Source of the DNA: Oscillospiraceae bacterium
GTDB taxonomy: Bacteria; Bacillota; Clostridia; Oscillospirales; Oscillospiraceae
Assembly: GCA_902767915.1 (NCBI GenBank)
Contig: CACXJE010000004.1
Coordinates: forward strand, 22,692-86,691
DNA length: 64,000 bases
Reading direction: 5' to 3'
This document shows positions 26,602 through 36,140 of the stretch, piece by piece. Each line of letters starts with the position of its first letter. Position 1 is the first letter of the stretch. The notes under the pieces were generated by a model. The model was not told the DNA's origin. It did no database searches and was given only the letters and a program-made list of their open reading frames with translations. The translations under genes and the position numbers were made by a program.

Positions 26602-27897
26602 TTACTCCTCGGTCACAGAATTCACCGCCTGGACCTTCAGCTCCGGCAGGGTCAGATAGCCCCATGTTCCGTGCAGCCACTCCTTGTGGTTAAAGGCAGC
26701 GGGGTCCTGGTCTATTACAAAGGAACAGATGTCCATAATCCGGTCATGCACCTTGTCGGTTCCATATGTGTTGATGGAATAGTACACAATGGTAAGCTGG
26801 TAGGACCCCGGCGCAAGCCCCGTCAGGGGGAGCTCCACCCGCATGGACTGCGGACCCGGCCGGATGTGCAGGACGGGGGCGGTGGTGGTCATGCCCACGC
26901 GGACGCCGTCCAGCGTGCGGACCATGATTCGCAGCGCAATTTTCGGATCGTCCTTCTCGGAATTCAGGTCAATCCTCAGCTTCAGCGTATCACCCATTCG
27001 GTAGAGAGGCTCGGAGGCAAGCTCCAGAAAGCCGATCCGGGAAATTCGCATCCAATCATCCAAATCCTTGTAGGGCCGTTCGTCGCCGAGGTCATAGGAT
27101 AACTGCATCAGGCTGTTGCGGTTCATATAAATGCTGATGGCCTTCTCCGTATCTCCGTCGAAAACCACCTTGCCGTGATCCAACACAATGCAGCGGGTGC
27201 AGAGCTGCCGAATGGTATTCATATTATGGCTGACATAGAGGACCGTTCTGCCCTCTGTGTTGGCAGCGTCTCCCATTCGTCCCAGACATTTTTGCTGGAA
27301 TTTCATATCGCCCACGGCCAGGACCTCGTCCATGACCATGATTTCGCTGTCCAGATGGGCGGCCACGGAGAAGGCCAGCTTGACATACATGCCGGAGGAG
27401 TAGCGCTTGACCGGGGTGTCGATGAACTGCCGCATTTCGGCAAAGTCGATGATTTGATCCATTTTCCGGTCAATCTCCGCTTTTGTCATGCCCAAAATGG
27501 CGCCGTTCATATAGACGTTTTCACGGCCTGTCAGCTCCTGATGGAATCCGGTGCCCACCTCCAGCATGGAGGCGATGCGGCCGTTGTAGGAGATGGAACC
27601 GCTCGTGGGCGCCGTGACCCGGGAGAGCAGCTTCAGCAGGGTGGATTTGCCCGCGCCGTTGTGGCCGATGATGCCCACTGCTTCGCCCTTTTTGACCTCA
27701 AAGGAGACGTCGTCCAGGGCCAGGAATTTATCTCCTGTCTTCAGGTCAGTCCTGGACCCGATCTTGCTGTTTGGGTCTTCCCTGCCCCGCTTCCGGGCCC
27801 ACCAGGATTGCAAATCACCCTTCAACGTGCCGCCGCCGATGGCGCCGAGGCGGTACTGCTTCGATACGTGTTCAATTTTGATTGCCAGTTCGTCCAT
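26602..27897 (-). CDS. Polysaccharide/teichoic-acid ABC exporter ATPase (Wzt/TagH-like) with C-terminal beta-sandwich extension
   Basis: Start trimmed to ATG 27897 (GAGGTGAATCAT upstream). Walker A GHNGAGKST, signature YSSGMYVKL, Walker B IMVMDEVLAVGD. About 190 extra C-terminal residues. Confidence 0.8.
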   Translation of the reverse strand: MDELAIKIEHVSKQYRLGAIGGGTLKGDLQSWWARKRGREDPNSKIGSRTDLKTGDKFLALDDVSFEVKKGEAVGIIGHNGAGKSTLLKLLSRVTAPTSGSISYNGRIASMLEVGTGFHQELTGRENVYMNGAILGMTKAEIDRKMDQIIDFAEMRQFIDTPVKRYSSGMYVKLAFSVAAHLDSEIMVMDEVLAVGDMKFQQKCLGRMGDAANTEGRTVLYVSHNMNTIRQLCTRCIVLDHGKVVFDGDTEKAISIYMNRNSLMQLSYDLGDERPYKDLDDWMRISRIGFLELASEPLYRMGDTLKLRIDLNSEKDDPKIALRIMVRTLDGVRVGMTTTAPVLHIRPGPQSMRVELPLTGLAPGSYQLTIVYYSINTYGTDKVHDRIMDICSFVIDQDPAAFNHKEWLHGTWGYLTLPELKVQAVNSVTEE

Positions 27898-27907
27898 ATG
27901 ATTCACC

Positions 27908-28762
27908 TCACACCGTATCCATAAAGGTCTTCTCGACCCGGTTGAAGAGGACGATGCCAATCACCAGGACCGCGAGGGTCATGGCCCAGCTGAGCAGATA
28001 GTGGGGCAGGTCGAAGCTGCCGATGCCCAGGAAGGCCAGCCGGAAGGTATTGATGACCGGGGTCATGGGGTTGAGCATGTACAGGCCCAAAAACTTTGCC
28101 GGAACGATGCCGATGTCGTAGGCCACGGGGGTGCCGTACATCCAGAGCTGGACGCCAAAGCCCACAAGCATCACCAGGTCCCGGTACTTGGTGGTCAGGG
28201 AGGAGATGATGACGCCGACGCCGAGACTGAGCATGGCCATCTGGAGCAGCAGCAGGGGCAGCAGCAGGGCGTAGAGGGTGGGCTGGACCGTACCGCGGAT
28301 CCAGTAGATTACCAGGAAGACCAGGAACATGGCAAACTGAATCCCGAAGCCGATCAGGTTGGAAATGACTGTAGAAATTGGCGTCACCAGCCGGGGAAAA
28401 TAGACCTTGCCGAAGATGGCGGCGTTTCCGGTGAAGGTGTTGGCCGTGGCGGTCAGGCAGCCGGAGAAATAGCCCCAGGCGATGTTGCCGCTCATAAAGA
28501 ACAGGAAGGAGGGCACCCCTCCGGGGGCCAGGCCGGCAAGCTTGCCGAAAACCACGGTGAATACCACCGTCGTCAGCAGGGGCTGGATCACCGCCCAGGC
28601 GGGGCCCAGGACCGTCTGCTTATAGTGGGCCACAAAGTTCCGCTTGACAAAGAGGAAGATCAGGTCCCGGTAGCGGACCAGCTCCTTCAGGTGAAAGTCC
28701 AGCAGCTTGGTCTTCGGGACGATGACGGTGCTGAACTGCTGTGCGCTGTTGTTGTTTTCCAT
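27908..28762 (-). CDS. ABC-2 type polysaccharide exporter permease (Wzm/TagG-like)
   Basis: 284 aa with 6 hydrophobic segments. N-terminus LKELVRYRDLIFLFVKRNFVAHYKQTVLGPAWAVIQP is typical of ABC-2 permeases. Confidence 0.8.
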   Translation of the reverse strand: MENNNSAQQFSTVIVPKTKLLDFHLKELVRYRDLIFLFVKRNFVAHYKQTVLGPAWAVIQPLLTTVVFTVVFGKLAGLAPGGVPSFLFFMSGNIAWGYFSGCLTATANTFTGNAAIFGKVYFPRLVTPISTVISNLIGFGIQFAMFLVFLVIYWIRGTVQPTLYALLLPLLLLQMAMLSLGVGVIISSLTTKYRDLVMLVGFGVQLWMYGTPVAYDIGIVPAKFLGLYMLNPMTPVINTFRLAFLGIGSFDLPHYLLSWAMTLAVLVIGIVLFNRVEKTFMDTV

Positions 28763-28792
28763 GCTGCAATCCTCATTTTTCTTCGTAGAGGC

Positions 28793-29836
28793 TTATTTTT
28801 CTACGAAATGATAGAACAGATACCAGACGGCGAAGCGGTCCGCGAAGCAGGCTATCTGTCTGGTGGTGCTCTTCGGGAGCTGCCGGGCTCCGGCTCTGGC
28901 GGCTTCCCGGTAGACGGGATCCGCGATGAGCCGCTTGTAGAGCGCCTTCCGCTCTGCCCTGCCCACGGCCTCGCTGTGGGCGAAGAGCATCCGCATCCGA
29001 TTGAAATAGTGCTTGTTGGCGGCCCAGGCCTCGATCTCGGGCCGGAGCTTCTCATATTGGCCCATGCGCTTTGCCAGGTCCACGATGCCGTGGGCCATGA
29101 TATGGGCGCTCTTGATCTCTGAATCTCCGAGGACGCCGTGGTTGGAGGGGAGGTAAGTTTTATAGTCCACCCGGTAGTGGTAGGTGGCAGCCGGTTCGTA
29201 GCGGATGGCCTTAACACGGGTCAGATAGCGCATATTGAAGTCGTAGTCCTCCGCCGTGCGAATCTCTGTTTTGAAGCGCAGACCCAGGGCCTCGATCACG
29301 TCCCGCCGGTAGAGCTTGCAGTAGGGCGGGAAGAGCCGGAAGCCGAAGATCAGGTCCCGAAAGGCCTGGGGATCGGCGTCGGGCCCGTCCAGCCGGGCCG
29401 TGAAGGGGGCCGGGAAGTCCCGGGCCTCGGGGCCGTCGGGGGCAAAGGGCCGGTAGTCGGTCATGACCAGCACGCCCTCCTCCGCGGTCTGCGTATGCAG
29501 GGCCAGCAGCCGCGACAGGTAGTCCGGCTCCGCCCAGTCGTCGCTGTCGATAAAGACGACAAATTTCCCTGCGGCCGCGTCCAGCCCCGCGTTGCGGGCG
29601 GAGGAGACGCCGCCGTTGGGCTTGTGAATCACCCGGACCCGGGCATCCCGGGCCGCGAAGCCGTCGCAGAGGGCGGGGCAGCCGTCCGGAGAGCCGTCGT
29701 CGATGAGCAGCAGCTCAAAGTCCCCCTCCCTTTGCCCCAGGATGCTCTCCACGCAGGCGTTGAGATAGGCCTCCGCCTTGTAGACCGGGACGATCACGCT
29801 GACCAGGGGCCTTTTGTATTCTTTTGGCGGTTCCAT
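28793..29836 (-). CDS. Glycosyltransferase family 2
   Basis: VSVIVPVYKAEAYL...LLLIDDGSPDG and DSDD motifs. Confidence 0.75.
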   Translation of the reverse strand: MEPPKEYKRPLVSVIVPVYKAEAYLNACVESILGQREGDFELLLIDDGSPDGCPALCDGFAARDARVRVIHKPNGGVSSARNAGLDAAAGKFVVFIDSDDWAEPDYLSRLLALHTQTAEEGVLVMTDYRPFAPDGPEARDFPAPFTARLDGPDADPQAFRDLIFGFRLFPPYCKLYRRDVIEALGLRFKTEIRTAEDYDFNMRYLTRVKAIRYEPAATYHYRVDYKTYLPSNHGVLGDSEIKSAHIMAHGIVDLAKRMGQYEKLRPEIEAWAANKHYFNRMRMLFAHSEAVGRAERKALYKRLIADPVYREAARAGARQLPKSTTRQIACFADRFAVWYLFYHFVEK

Positions 29837-30150
29837 GCTTTACTCCCCTTTCGGAGGCTCGTTGTATGCGGATCGGAAATTCCTGATTGACGGAGCTCCT
29901 CGATTCCGCAGCGCAGGTAGTGTTCCAGACTGCCCGCGAAGCGGAAGAAGTCCTCGTCCTCGAAGAAGAGGTTGATCGTGGGTGTCAGAAAGGGCAGGCC
30001 CAGGTCGTGGTATATGATGCCCGCGATGCAGTTGTTGGTGATCAGGGAAAAGTCCCGGTTGCGCAGCCGCAGTCTCCGCAGGCCGCGCCAGGTCTTTAGG
30101 AGAACGTCGCGGAGCCTGCCGGAGAAGTCCCCTCCCCTGCCCTCAGCCAT
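29794..30150 (-). pseudogene. DUF1919-like exopolysaccharide-locus protein, C-terminally truncated
   Basis: NRDFSLITNNCIAGIIYHDLGLPFLTPTINLFF matches the DUF1919 N-terminal core. The ORF ends after ~118 aa and overlaps the next GT2 start; the conserved C-terminal half is absent. Confidence 0.45.
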
Positions 30151-30310
30151 GGGCGTCACGCACTTCCCCGGCGGGCCGGAGCCCGTCCTCATCCGCTGTC
30201 CGCATTGGCACAGGCTTTGCCCCCGGAGCCGAAAGCTTCCCTCTGCCCGACAGTCGATTTTGTGTCTGCGTATTCGCTGTCATATCTGCCTTCCTTTTTT
30301 CGAGGGTTGT

Positions 30311-32476
30311 CTACGGAAGCTCTGTCAGAGCGTCCAGATAATCCTCGCCGTCCGTGAGAAGATTATATTCCATATAGTAGTAATTTTGAATCAATTCATA
30401 GCGGGGATCGTTTTCATCGTATTGACTGATCGTCCCCGCCGCGTCGAGAACGGTTCCGTTGCTGGTCCGCACCGGGAAACGGTCATGGACCTCCAGGACG
30501 CCTTGATAGAAGGGGGTCTCTGGCATTCCCGCATAGGACAGCAGGAGGGGGAGCAGGTCGGTCATGGAGGTCTCAATGGATTCCTCCGGGAAGGAGACCG
30601 GATAGTTTGCCCAAATCACAAAGGGTACACATTTCTTCATCAGATCGTCCTCCTCGGCGCTTCTGGGGCAGGCCGAAGGCATTTGGCGGATGAAAGACGG
30701 AGCGTGGTCCCCCACCATGCAGATAACGACCGGACGCTCGCTGCGGGAAAAATAGTCCGTCATGTCCCGGAAGGCCTCCGCGGACAGGGCCACGGAGGAC
30801 AGATATTCGTTCACCTCTTCGGTCATATCTCCCAGGTCCTCCGTCACATGCACCGTATCCAGAGCGGGATCGTTGCTGTCATAGCCGCCGTGGTTCTGGA
30901 AGGTCAGCAGATAGTAGAAGCGATGCGCGCCGGGTTCCGCTTCATATTTCTCGATCAGTCCCTTGAAATCGTCCTCGTCCAGGATGTGTCGGTTTCCATA
31001 GTACCGCATCTCGGAGAAGCTGCCCTTTCCCATAATGACGTGATCAAAGCCCATGGCGGGAAAGGCGATATGGCGGGAATAGTTCGTCCCGTCGTTGCTG
31101 TGCAACGCCGTCGTCGTATAGCCCAGTTCCTTGAGATAGGTCGGCAGCGTCGCGTTCCGGGACGTGAAGCGGATGTAATTAAACGGCGCATAGATTGGCA
31201 GCAGATACATGGAGCAGGAGGTCAGAAGCTCAAACTCCGTGTTGTTGGTGCCGCCGCCCACATTGGGCGAATAGGCCTTGCCGTAGCAGGCATTTTCGAT
31301 CCCGTAGAACGGCGCCAGATAGTCCCGGTCAGTCTCGATTCCGCTGTAGTCGGACAGATCACAGAAGGATTCGTTCAAAATCAGGATGATATCCGGGAAC
31401 TGCTCTGCGGTCCCGGCCTTCCCCTCCGGGATCTCGATGCGGTCAGATGAATAGCCGGAGGGCCTGCGGATCGGATGAAGCACCTGCTCAATATTCGCCG
31501 CCGAGCAGCACAGATAGCCGTTTTCCTTGATTGCGGTGCGCCAGGAGAATTTCACGCTCTGATCCACGGCGATCGGGCTGTACAGGAACGTATAGAGGAA
31601 GGCCGCGTCGAGGACAAGCAGCAACGCGGTACGGAAGCTCCAACGCAGACGGCGCTTTGGCTCTTCCATCCGAAAGCGGCTGATCAGATACAGCTCCAGG
31701 AGCAGGAGCCCCAGGATCTCCGCGATCTCCGGTCCGAAGAACAGGGAATAGGCGCCGAGCACGCTCATAGCCGTCTTTGCGTTTGCGAATTCACTGGGGA
31801 AAAGCGGACTTCCGTGAAAGGCGATCACATAGTAGTTGACGATGGAAAGCAGGGCGACAAGACAGCAGCTCAGAACGGCCCCGCGCCTGCGGCTCTGGGA
31901 AAGCAAAGACAGCAGCAGCCACACAAGCAGAAGGATCCCAAGGTTCAGCAGCAGCGAGAATGGCCGGACGCGGACGCAGTCTCCCAGCATATCCAGACAG
32001 CTCCGCTGAAGCTGAAGAAGCTCCAGGAAGAACAACACGACCGGCAGTACGACGGTTATCGCTTTTGTACTGCGGGAGACACGCCCAAAGGTCCGCGAGC
32101 CCTCCAGGGCATTCAGACACACATTCAACCCATAGAAGGCCAACAATGCCAGGGCGAAGCCTGCCAGAATGAGAAAGGCGCTCGATGACAGCGAGATCTG
32201 CGAGGCAAGCCTTCTGACTAAGGAGGCGTTTTGCCAGCGATTATAAAATCGGCCGACGGCAAAGAGCAGAATCGCTGCGGTCGGCACCAGCTGCTGTTTG
32301 CCAAAGCGAAGTCTTCGCCCCGTGAGAAGCAGCGCCAGACAGAGAATGAGAAAACACCCGACGACCACGGCGATCCTGACCCAGTTCAAGGACACAAGCA
32401 GGGCGACAAGCGCGCCGAGGGAGCAGCAGGTCAGAATTGCAGTTTTCTTGCCGGAAGGCTGTGCTGTTGATTTCAT
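30311..32476 (-). CDS. LtaS-like / sulfatase-family phosphotransferase with large N-terminal membrane domain
   Basis: Start trimmed to ATG 32476. About 330 aa of TM segments, then an alkaline-phosphatase-superfamily domain (LILNESFCDLS...TNNTEFE...MVGDHAPS). Confidence 0.7.
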   Translation of the reverse strand: MKSTAQPSGKKTAILTCCSLGALVALLVSLNWVRIAVVVGCFLILCLALLLTGRRLRFGKQQLVPTAAILLFAVGRFYNRWQNASLVRRLASQISLSSSAFLILAGFALALLAFYGLNVCLNALEGSRTFGRVSRSTKAITVVLPVVLFFLELLQLQRSCLDMLGDCVRVRPFSLLLNLGILLLVWLLLSLLSQSRRRGAVLSCCLVALLSIVNYYVIAFHGSPLFPSEFANAKTAMSVLGAYSLFFGPEIAEILGLLLLELYLISRFRMEEPKRRLRWSFRTALLLVLDAAFLYTFLYSPIAVDQSVKFSWRTAIKENGYLCCSAANIEQVLHPIRRPSGYSSDRIEIPEGKAGTAEQFPDIILILNESFCDLSDYSGIETDRDYLAPFYGIENACYGKAYSPNVGGGTNNTEFELLTSCSMYLLPIYAPFNYIRFTSRNATLPTYLKELGYTTTALHSNDGTNYSRHIAFPAMGFDHVIMGKGSFSEMRYYGNRHILDEDDFKGLIEKYEAEPGAHRFYYLLTFQNHGGYDSNDPALDTVHVTEDLGDMTEEVNEYLSSVALSAEAFRDMTDYFSRSERPVVICMVGDHAPSFIRQMPSACPRSAEEDDLMKKCVPFVIWANYPVSFPEESIETSMTDLLPLLLSYAGMPETPFYQGVLEVHDRFPVRTSNGTVLDAAGTISQYDENDPRYELIQNYYYMEYNLLTDGEDYLDALTELP

Positions 32477-32501
32477 ATGCAGATCTCCGTTTATGATGTG
32501 A

Positions 32502-33119
32502 TCAGGCTTCGGAATGCTCCGAGGCCACCCGCTCCTCCACACGCACGGCGTCCGAGGCTGCAGGCGGCTCTTCCTCCGCTCCGGTGTGCTCCGGCTGCGG
32601 GAGTCTGGATTTTAGGAAATGCGCCGGGTTGCCGCCCCAGATCTCGTAGGGGGGCACGTCCTTGGTCACCACGGAGCCCGCGGCGATAATGGCCCCATTG
32701 CCGATGTGGACGCCCTTCATAATCAGAGACCGCGAGCCGATCCAAACGTCGTCTCCGATCACGATGGGCTCAATTTCCGTGCGGCCCTGGAGGCCCATGG
32801 GGATCGTAACATCGTCGTGCCGGTGCTCGTTGGTGAACATCAGCACGTCAATGCCGATCATGCCCTGCTTGCCGATGGTCACGCCGGAGGGGATCTGGCA
32901 GTTGGCCCCGATCCCAGCCCCGTGGCCCAGCTTCAAATCGTAGGCGAAGGTCACGTTCCGGTCGATGTTGACCCATTTGCCGCAGTCCTCCAGCATCAGA
33001 TGGGCACAGAACTGCCGGAAGCGCCGGGCCCCGAGGCTGACCCTGGCCCCGGAGAGGGGCAGCCGCTTGCCGATGAGGTGGTAGAGGAGCTTGCCGGTCA
33101 TTCGTTTGATTTTATTCAT
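32502..33119 (-). CDS. Hexapeptide-repeat (LbH) acetyltransferase
   Basis: Start trimmed to ATG 33119. IGDDVWIGSRSLIMKGVHIGNGAIIAAGSVVTKDVPPYEIWGGNPA. Confidence 0.75.
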   Translation of the reverse strand: MNKIKRMTGKLLYHLIGKRLPLSGARVSLGARRFRQFCAHLMLEDCGKWVNIDRNVTFAYDLKLGHGAGIGANCQIPSGVTIGKQGMIGIDVLMFTNEHRHDDVTIPMGLQGRTEIEPIVIGDDVWIGSRSLIMKGVHIGNGAIIAAGSVVTKDVPPYEIWGGNPAHFLKSRLPQPEHTGAEEEPPAASDAVRVEERVASEHSEA

Positions 33120-34101
33120 GATTTGCCTCTCCCCTCCCGAGGAAAGAAGATAGTTTGCGGAGAATCGCGTCCGGTCGGACGAGCTTCGGATGGACCTGGG
33201 CCAGATAGTACTGGTACTTATCCGCTGAGACCCGGCTTCGCAGATAGCGCAGAGCCTTTCCGGTGCCGACACGGTATTCCTCCGGAACGGTCACGCCGTC
33301 CCGCTTGGCGTAGATCGCATAGACGCACAGGAGCCGCTTCCGCTTGTCCTCCGCCGCCTGGAGAATCTCCGTCTCGCCCTTCTGCCTGAAAAATGCCTGA
33401 CATTGGTCCACGCCCCAAATATCGTCGTAGCGCTTTACGGAGAATTTCTTGGAGGTGATGCTCTCGGGGCGGTCCCGGTAGTAATAGGCCCTTGCATTGA
33501 CCGCGGCCACGGCTTTTGCCCGCCAGCAGGCGACGGGGACGAAGGCCTGGTCCTCGTGGAGCTTCCCCACCGGGAAGCGCAGGTCGGCAATCAGCTCCCT
33601 TCGATAGAGCTTCCCCCAGGCGTTCACCGGAACGGCGTCGTCGCCCCGGTAAAGCAGAATCACGGCCTCCCGCCCGGTCAGCACTTTGCTGTCCGCTTCG
33701 GCGGCGGACGGAGCTGCCGCCGGGTTCTGCCCGTCTTCGAAAACACGGGTCCGGCAGACGGCAAGCTCCGCACCGGACTGCTCGACATTGCGATACAGCA
33801 GCTCCAGATAATCCGGGGCCACGTAGTCGTCGCTGTCGATGAAGGTCATATACTTCCCCTGAGCGATCTCCATGCCGGAGTTTCGGGCGGCAGAGAGGCC
33901 GCCGTTGGGCTGGTGGATCACCCGGATGCGGGGGTCCCGGGCCGCATAGGCGTCGCACAAGGCGCCGCAGTTGTCGGGGCTTCCGTCGTCCACCAGGATC
34001 AGCTCAAGGTCCGAAAAGCTCTGGGCCAGGATGCTCTCCACACAGGCGGGCAGATATTGCTCCACCTTATAAACAGGGACTATCACAGAGATTTGCGGCA
34101 T
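33112..34101 (-). CDS. Glycosyltransferase family 2
   Basis: Start trimmed to ATG 34101 (MPQISVIVPVYKVEQYL...LILVDDGSPDN); DSDD motif. Confidence 0.75.
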   Translation of the reverse strand: MPQISVIVPVYKVEQYLPACVESILAQSFSDLELILVDDGSPDNCGALCDAYAARDPRIRVIHQPNGGLSAARNSGMEIAQGKYMTFIDSDDYVAPDYLELLYRNVEQSGAELAVCRTRVFEDGQNPAAAPSAAEADSKVLTGREAVILLYRGDDAVPVNAWGKLYRRELIADLRFPVGKLHEDQAFVPVACWRAKAVAAVNARAYYYRDRPESITSKKFSVKRYDDIWGVDQCQAFFRQKGETEILQAAEDKRKRLLCVYAIYAKRDGVTVPEEYRVGTGKALRYLRSRVSADKYQYYLAQVHPKLVRPDAILRKLSSFLGRGEANHE

Positions 34102-34139
34102 GGTCCGCTCCTTTCCGATCACCCGCGCGGCGCGTGGGT

Positions 34140-34844
34140 TCACTTGCAGCTTTTCCGAAGTACCTCGATGGCGCAAAGCAGGGGATCATAGATCCGCATT
34201 CCGTCGAAGGTCCTGGCAGGGACCCGGGAATAGAGCACCGGGAACTCCGTGCAGCCTAAGATCAGGGCGTCGCCGGAAAAGGACTTCACGAGCCCGATGA
34301 ACTTCCGGACGGTCTCCTCCGTGACGCAGTCCTGCTTGACGGCCTCGATGAGCTCCCGCTGCATGAGATACTGTTCGTTCTCCGGGCTGCGGACCGTGAT
34401 GCCATAGGGGGCAAGTCCCCAGGCGAAGACGCCGGATTGGATGGTGCCCTCCGAGGCGATCAGAGAGACCTCCTTTTCACCGGCGGCGGCGATCCTGTCG
34501 CAGCAGGCGTCGATGATGCTGACGATTTTCCCCTCCGCCTCCGGCAGGCTCCGGTAAATATCCGGCAGGAAGCAGTGGGAGGTGTTGCAGGCCAGGATGA
34601 TTTTGGTGGCCCCGGCCCGCAGCAGGGAGGAAACGGAATCGCAGAGCTCCGCGGTAAGGCGCTCGTATTCATAGCCCTCCAGCACGGCCCGGACCCGGCT
34701 TGGCATGGTGCAGCGGTTGTCGATGAGAATCCGCGGGCGGTCCCACTCCTTTTGGGCGGGGAAGGCCTTCAGCAGGGCCTCGAAAAAGTGCAGGGTGGCG
34801 TAGGAACCCATGCCCCCCAGCACGCCGATTACGTCTTGATACAT
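34140..34844 (-). CDS. Asp/Glu/hydantoin-racemase-family protein (aspartate-racemase-like)
   Basis: 234 aa. GVLGGMGSYAT plus two catalytic-Cys motifs, ILACNTSH and LGCTEFP. Confidence 0.7.
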   Translation of the reverse strand: MYQDVIGVLGGMGSYATLHFFEALLKAFPAQKEWDRPRILIDNRCTMPSRVRAVLEGYEYERLTAELCDSVSSLLRAGATKIILACNTSHCFLPDIYRSLPEAEGKIVSIIDACCDRIAAAGEKEVSLIASEGTIQSGVFAWGLAPYGITVRSPENEQYLMQRELIEAVKQDCVTEETVRKFIGLVKSFSGDALILGCTEFPVLYSRVPARTFDGMRIYDPLLCAIEVLRKSCK

Positions 34845-34847
34845 CCT

Positions 34848-35498
34848 TCAATCCTCATAGTTGTTGCGGACCCAGCGGACGGCCCGCTCATAGTCGTCGA
34901 TGGTGTCGATCTCCTTGGTGTGCAGGAAGATCATGGGCAGGGGCAGCATCGGCTCGATCAGGTGGAAGACGTGGCGCTTGCCGGGCCGCAGCTCTGCGGT
35001 TTTCAGCTTTGCAAGCCCCGTCCATTCGTAGTCGCCCTTCTCCTTGGAAAAGCCGGTCACGCACTCCACACCGTTGATGGTTTCCGTCGGCATGGTCCAG
35101 GGGTTGTCGGTGGAGGGGGTCGTGCCGCCCACGCAGCAGCCGTCATATTCCACGGCGCGGATCAGATCGTCGGGGCGGACCAGCAGGTCGCCGTCCAGGG
35201 CCACTGCGTACTCCCGGGCATGCTGGGCCCCCAGCCAGAAGCTGGCCCCCGTGCCGGTGTTGCGGTAGTCGTGGTTGAAGACATAGAGAATGTCCCGCCG
35301 GACGCTGTTGACCACCTCCATGACCTTCTCGGCCTGATAGCCGACCACGATGCGGATGTCGTCATAGTCCTTCAAAATTTCAAGCTGCCGCTCGATCAGG
35401 GTCTTGCCCTCGATCTCCACCAGGGCCTTGGTGCAGCCCAGGCCCAGGCGGGTCCCCATGCCGGCGCAGCTGATGACGATGCTGACGTTATTCTTCAT
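34848..35498 (-). CDS. Nucleotidyltransferase (NTP-transferase fold, cytidylyltransferase-like)
   Basis: 216 aa. VISCAGMGTRLGLGCTKALV (GxGxR-type signature). Confidence 0.65.
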   Translation of the reverse strand: MKNNVSIVISCAGMGTRLGLGCTKALVEIEGKTLIERQLEILKDYDDIRIVVGYQAEKVMEVVNSVRRDILYVFNHDYRNTGTGASFWLGAQHAREYAVALDGDLLVRPDDLIRAVEYDGCCVGGTTPSTDNPWTMPTETINGVECVTGFSKEKGDYEWTGLAKLKTAELRPGKRHVFHLIEPMLPLPMIFLHTKEIDTIDDYERAVRWVRNNYED

Positions 35499-36126
35499 CC
35501 TGTTTTTCCTCCTGTTCCTCCTCGTACAGCGTCCGAAGGAAGCGGCAGAGCCTGTCCTCGTCGTAGATCACGTGGGAGGCGTTGCTCATAAGGGCGTAGG
35601 CCACGGGCCGGACGCCGCCGAAGCCGATGCCGATCTCCGCCAGGCGGACCATCTCCGCGTCGTTGCTCCCGTCGCCCACGGCTACCACCGGCCGGACGAA
35701 TTGCTCCACAATCCGGCCCTTGTCCACCACGCTGTTGACCCGGATCAGCCTGTCATCCTGGGCGCTGGCCGTGGAGCAGAGGCAGTGGGACATGGGCAGC
35801 CCGATCTTTTTCATCAGCTTCGCAATCCAGATATCCAGATTGCCTGTGACGATATAGCAATCCTCCACATGCTCCCGAATGAATTGGACAATTCCCTCGT
35901 GCAGAGGCACCTTGGAAACGATCTCCGCCACCTTGCTGACCGGGATCGGGCGCAGCATCTCCACCCTTGCCAGGAAGCTGCTCTTGAAGGGCAGCTCGCC
36001 CCGCATGGTCCGTTCTGTCAGCTCGCTGATCTCCCGGGTGAGTCCCACCTGTTCCGAAAGCGCAGGCAGAATCTCCTCCTTGGTGACCGTCGCGTCCAGA
36101 TCAAAGAGAAATACTCTGTGGTTCAT
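35488..36126 (-). CDS. HAD-IB-type phosphatase (phosphoserine-phosphatase-like)
   Basis: Start trimmed to ATG 36126 (MNHRVFLFDLDATVTKEE). Motif I DLDAT, motif III VGDGSNDAEM. The upstream part of the track ORF is a shadow of the LicD gene. Confidence 0.7.
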   Translation of the reverse strand: MNHRVFLFDLDATVTKEEILPALSEQVGLTREISELTERTMRGELPFKSSFLARVEMLRPIPVSKVAEIVSKVPLHEGIVQFIREHVEDCYIVTGNLDIWIAKLMKKIGLPMSHCLCSTASAQDDRLIRVNSVVDKGRIVEQFVRPVVAVGDGSNDAEMVRLAEIGIGFGGVRPVAYALMSNASHVIYDEDRLCRFLRTLYEEEQEEKQDEE

Positions 36127-36140
36127 GGTTTCTTTCCTCG

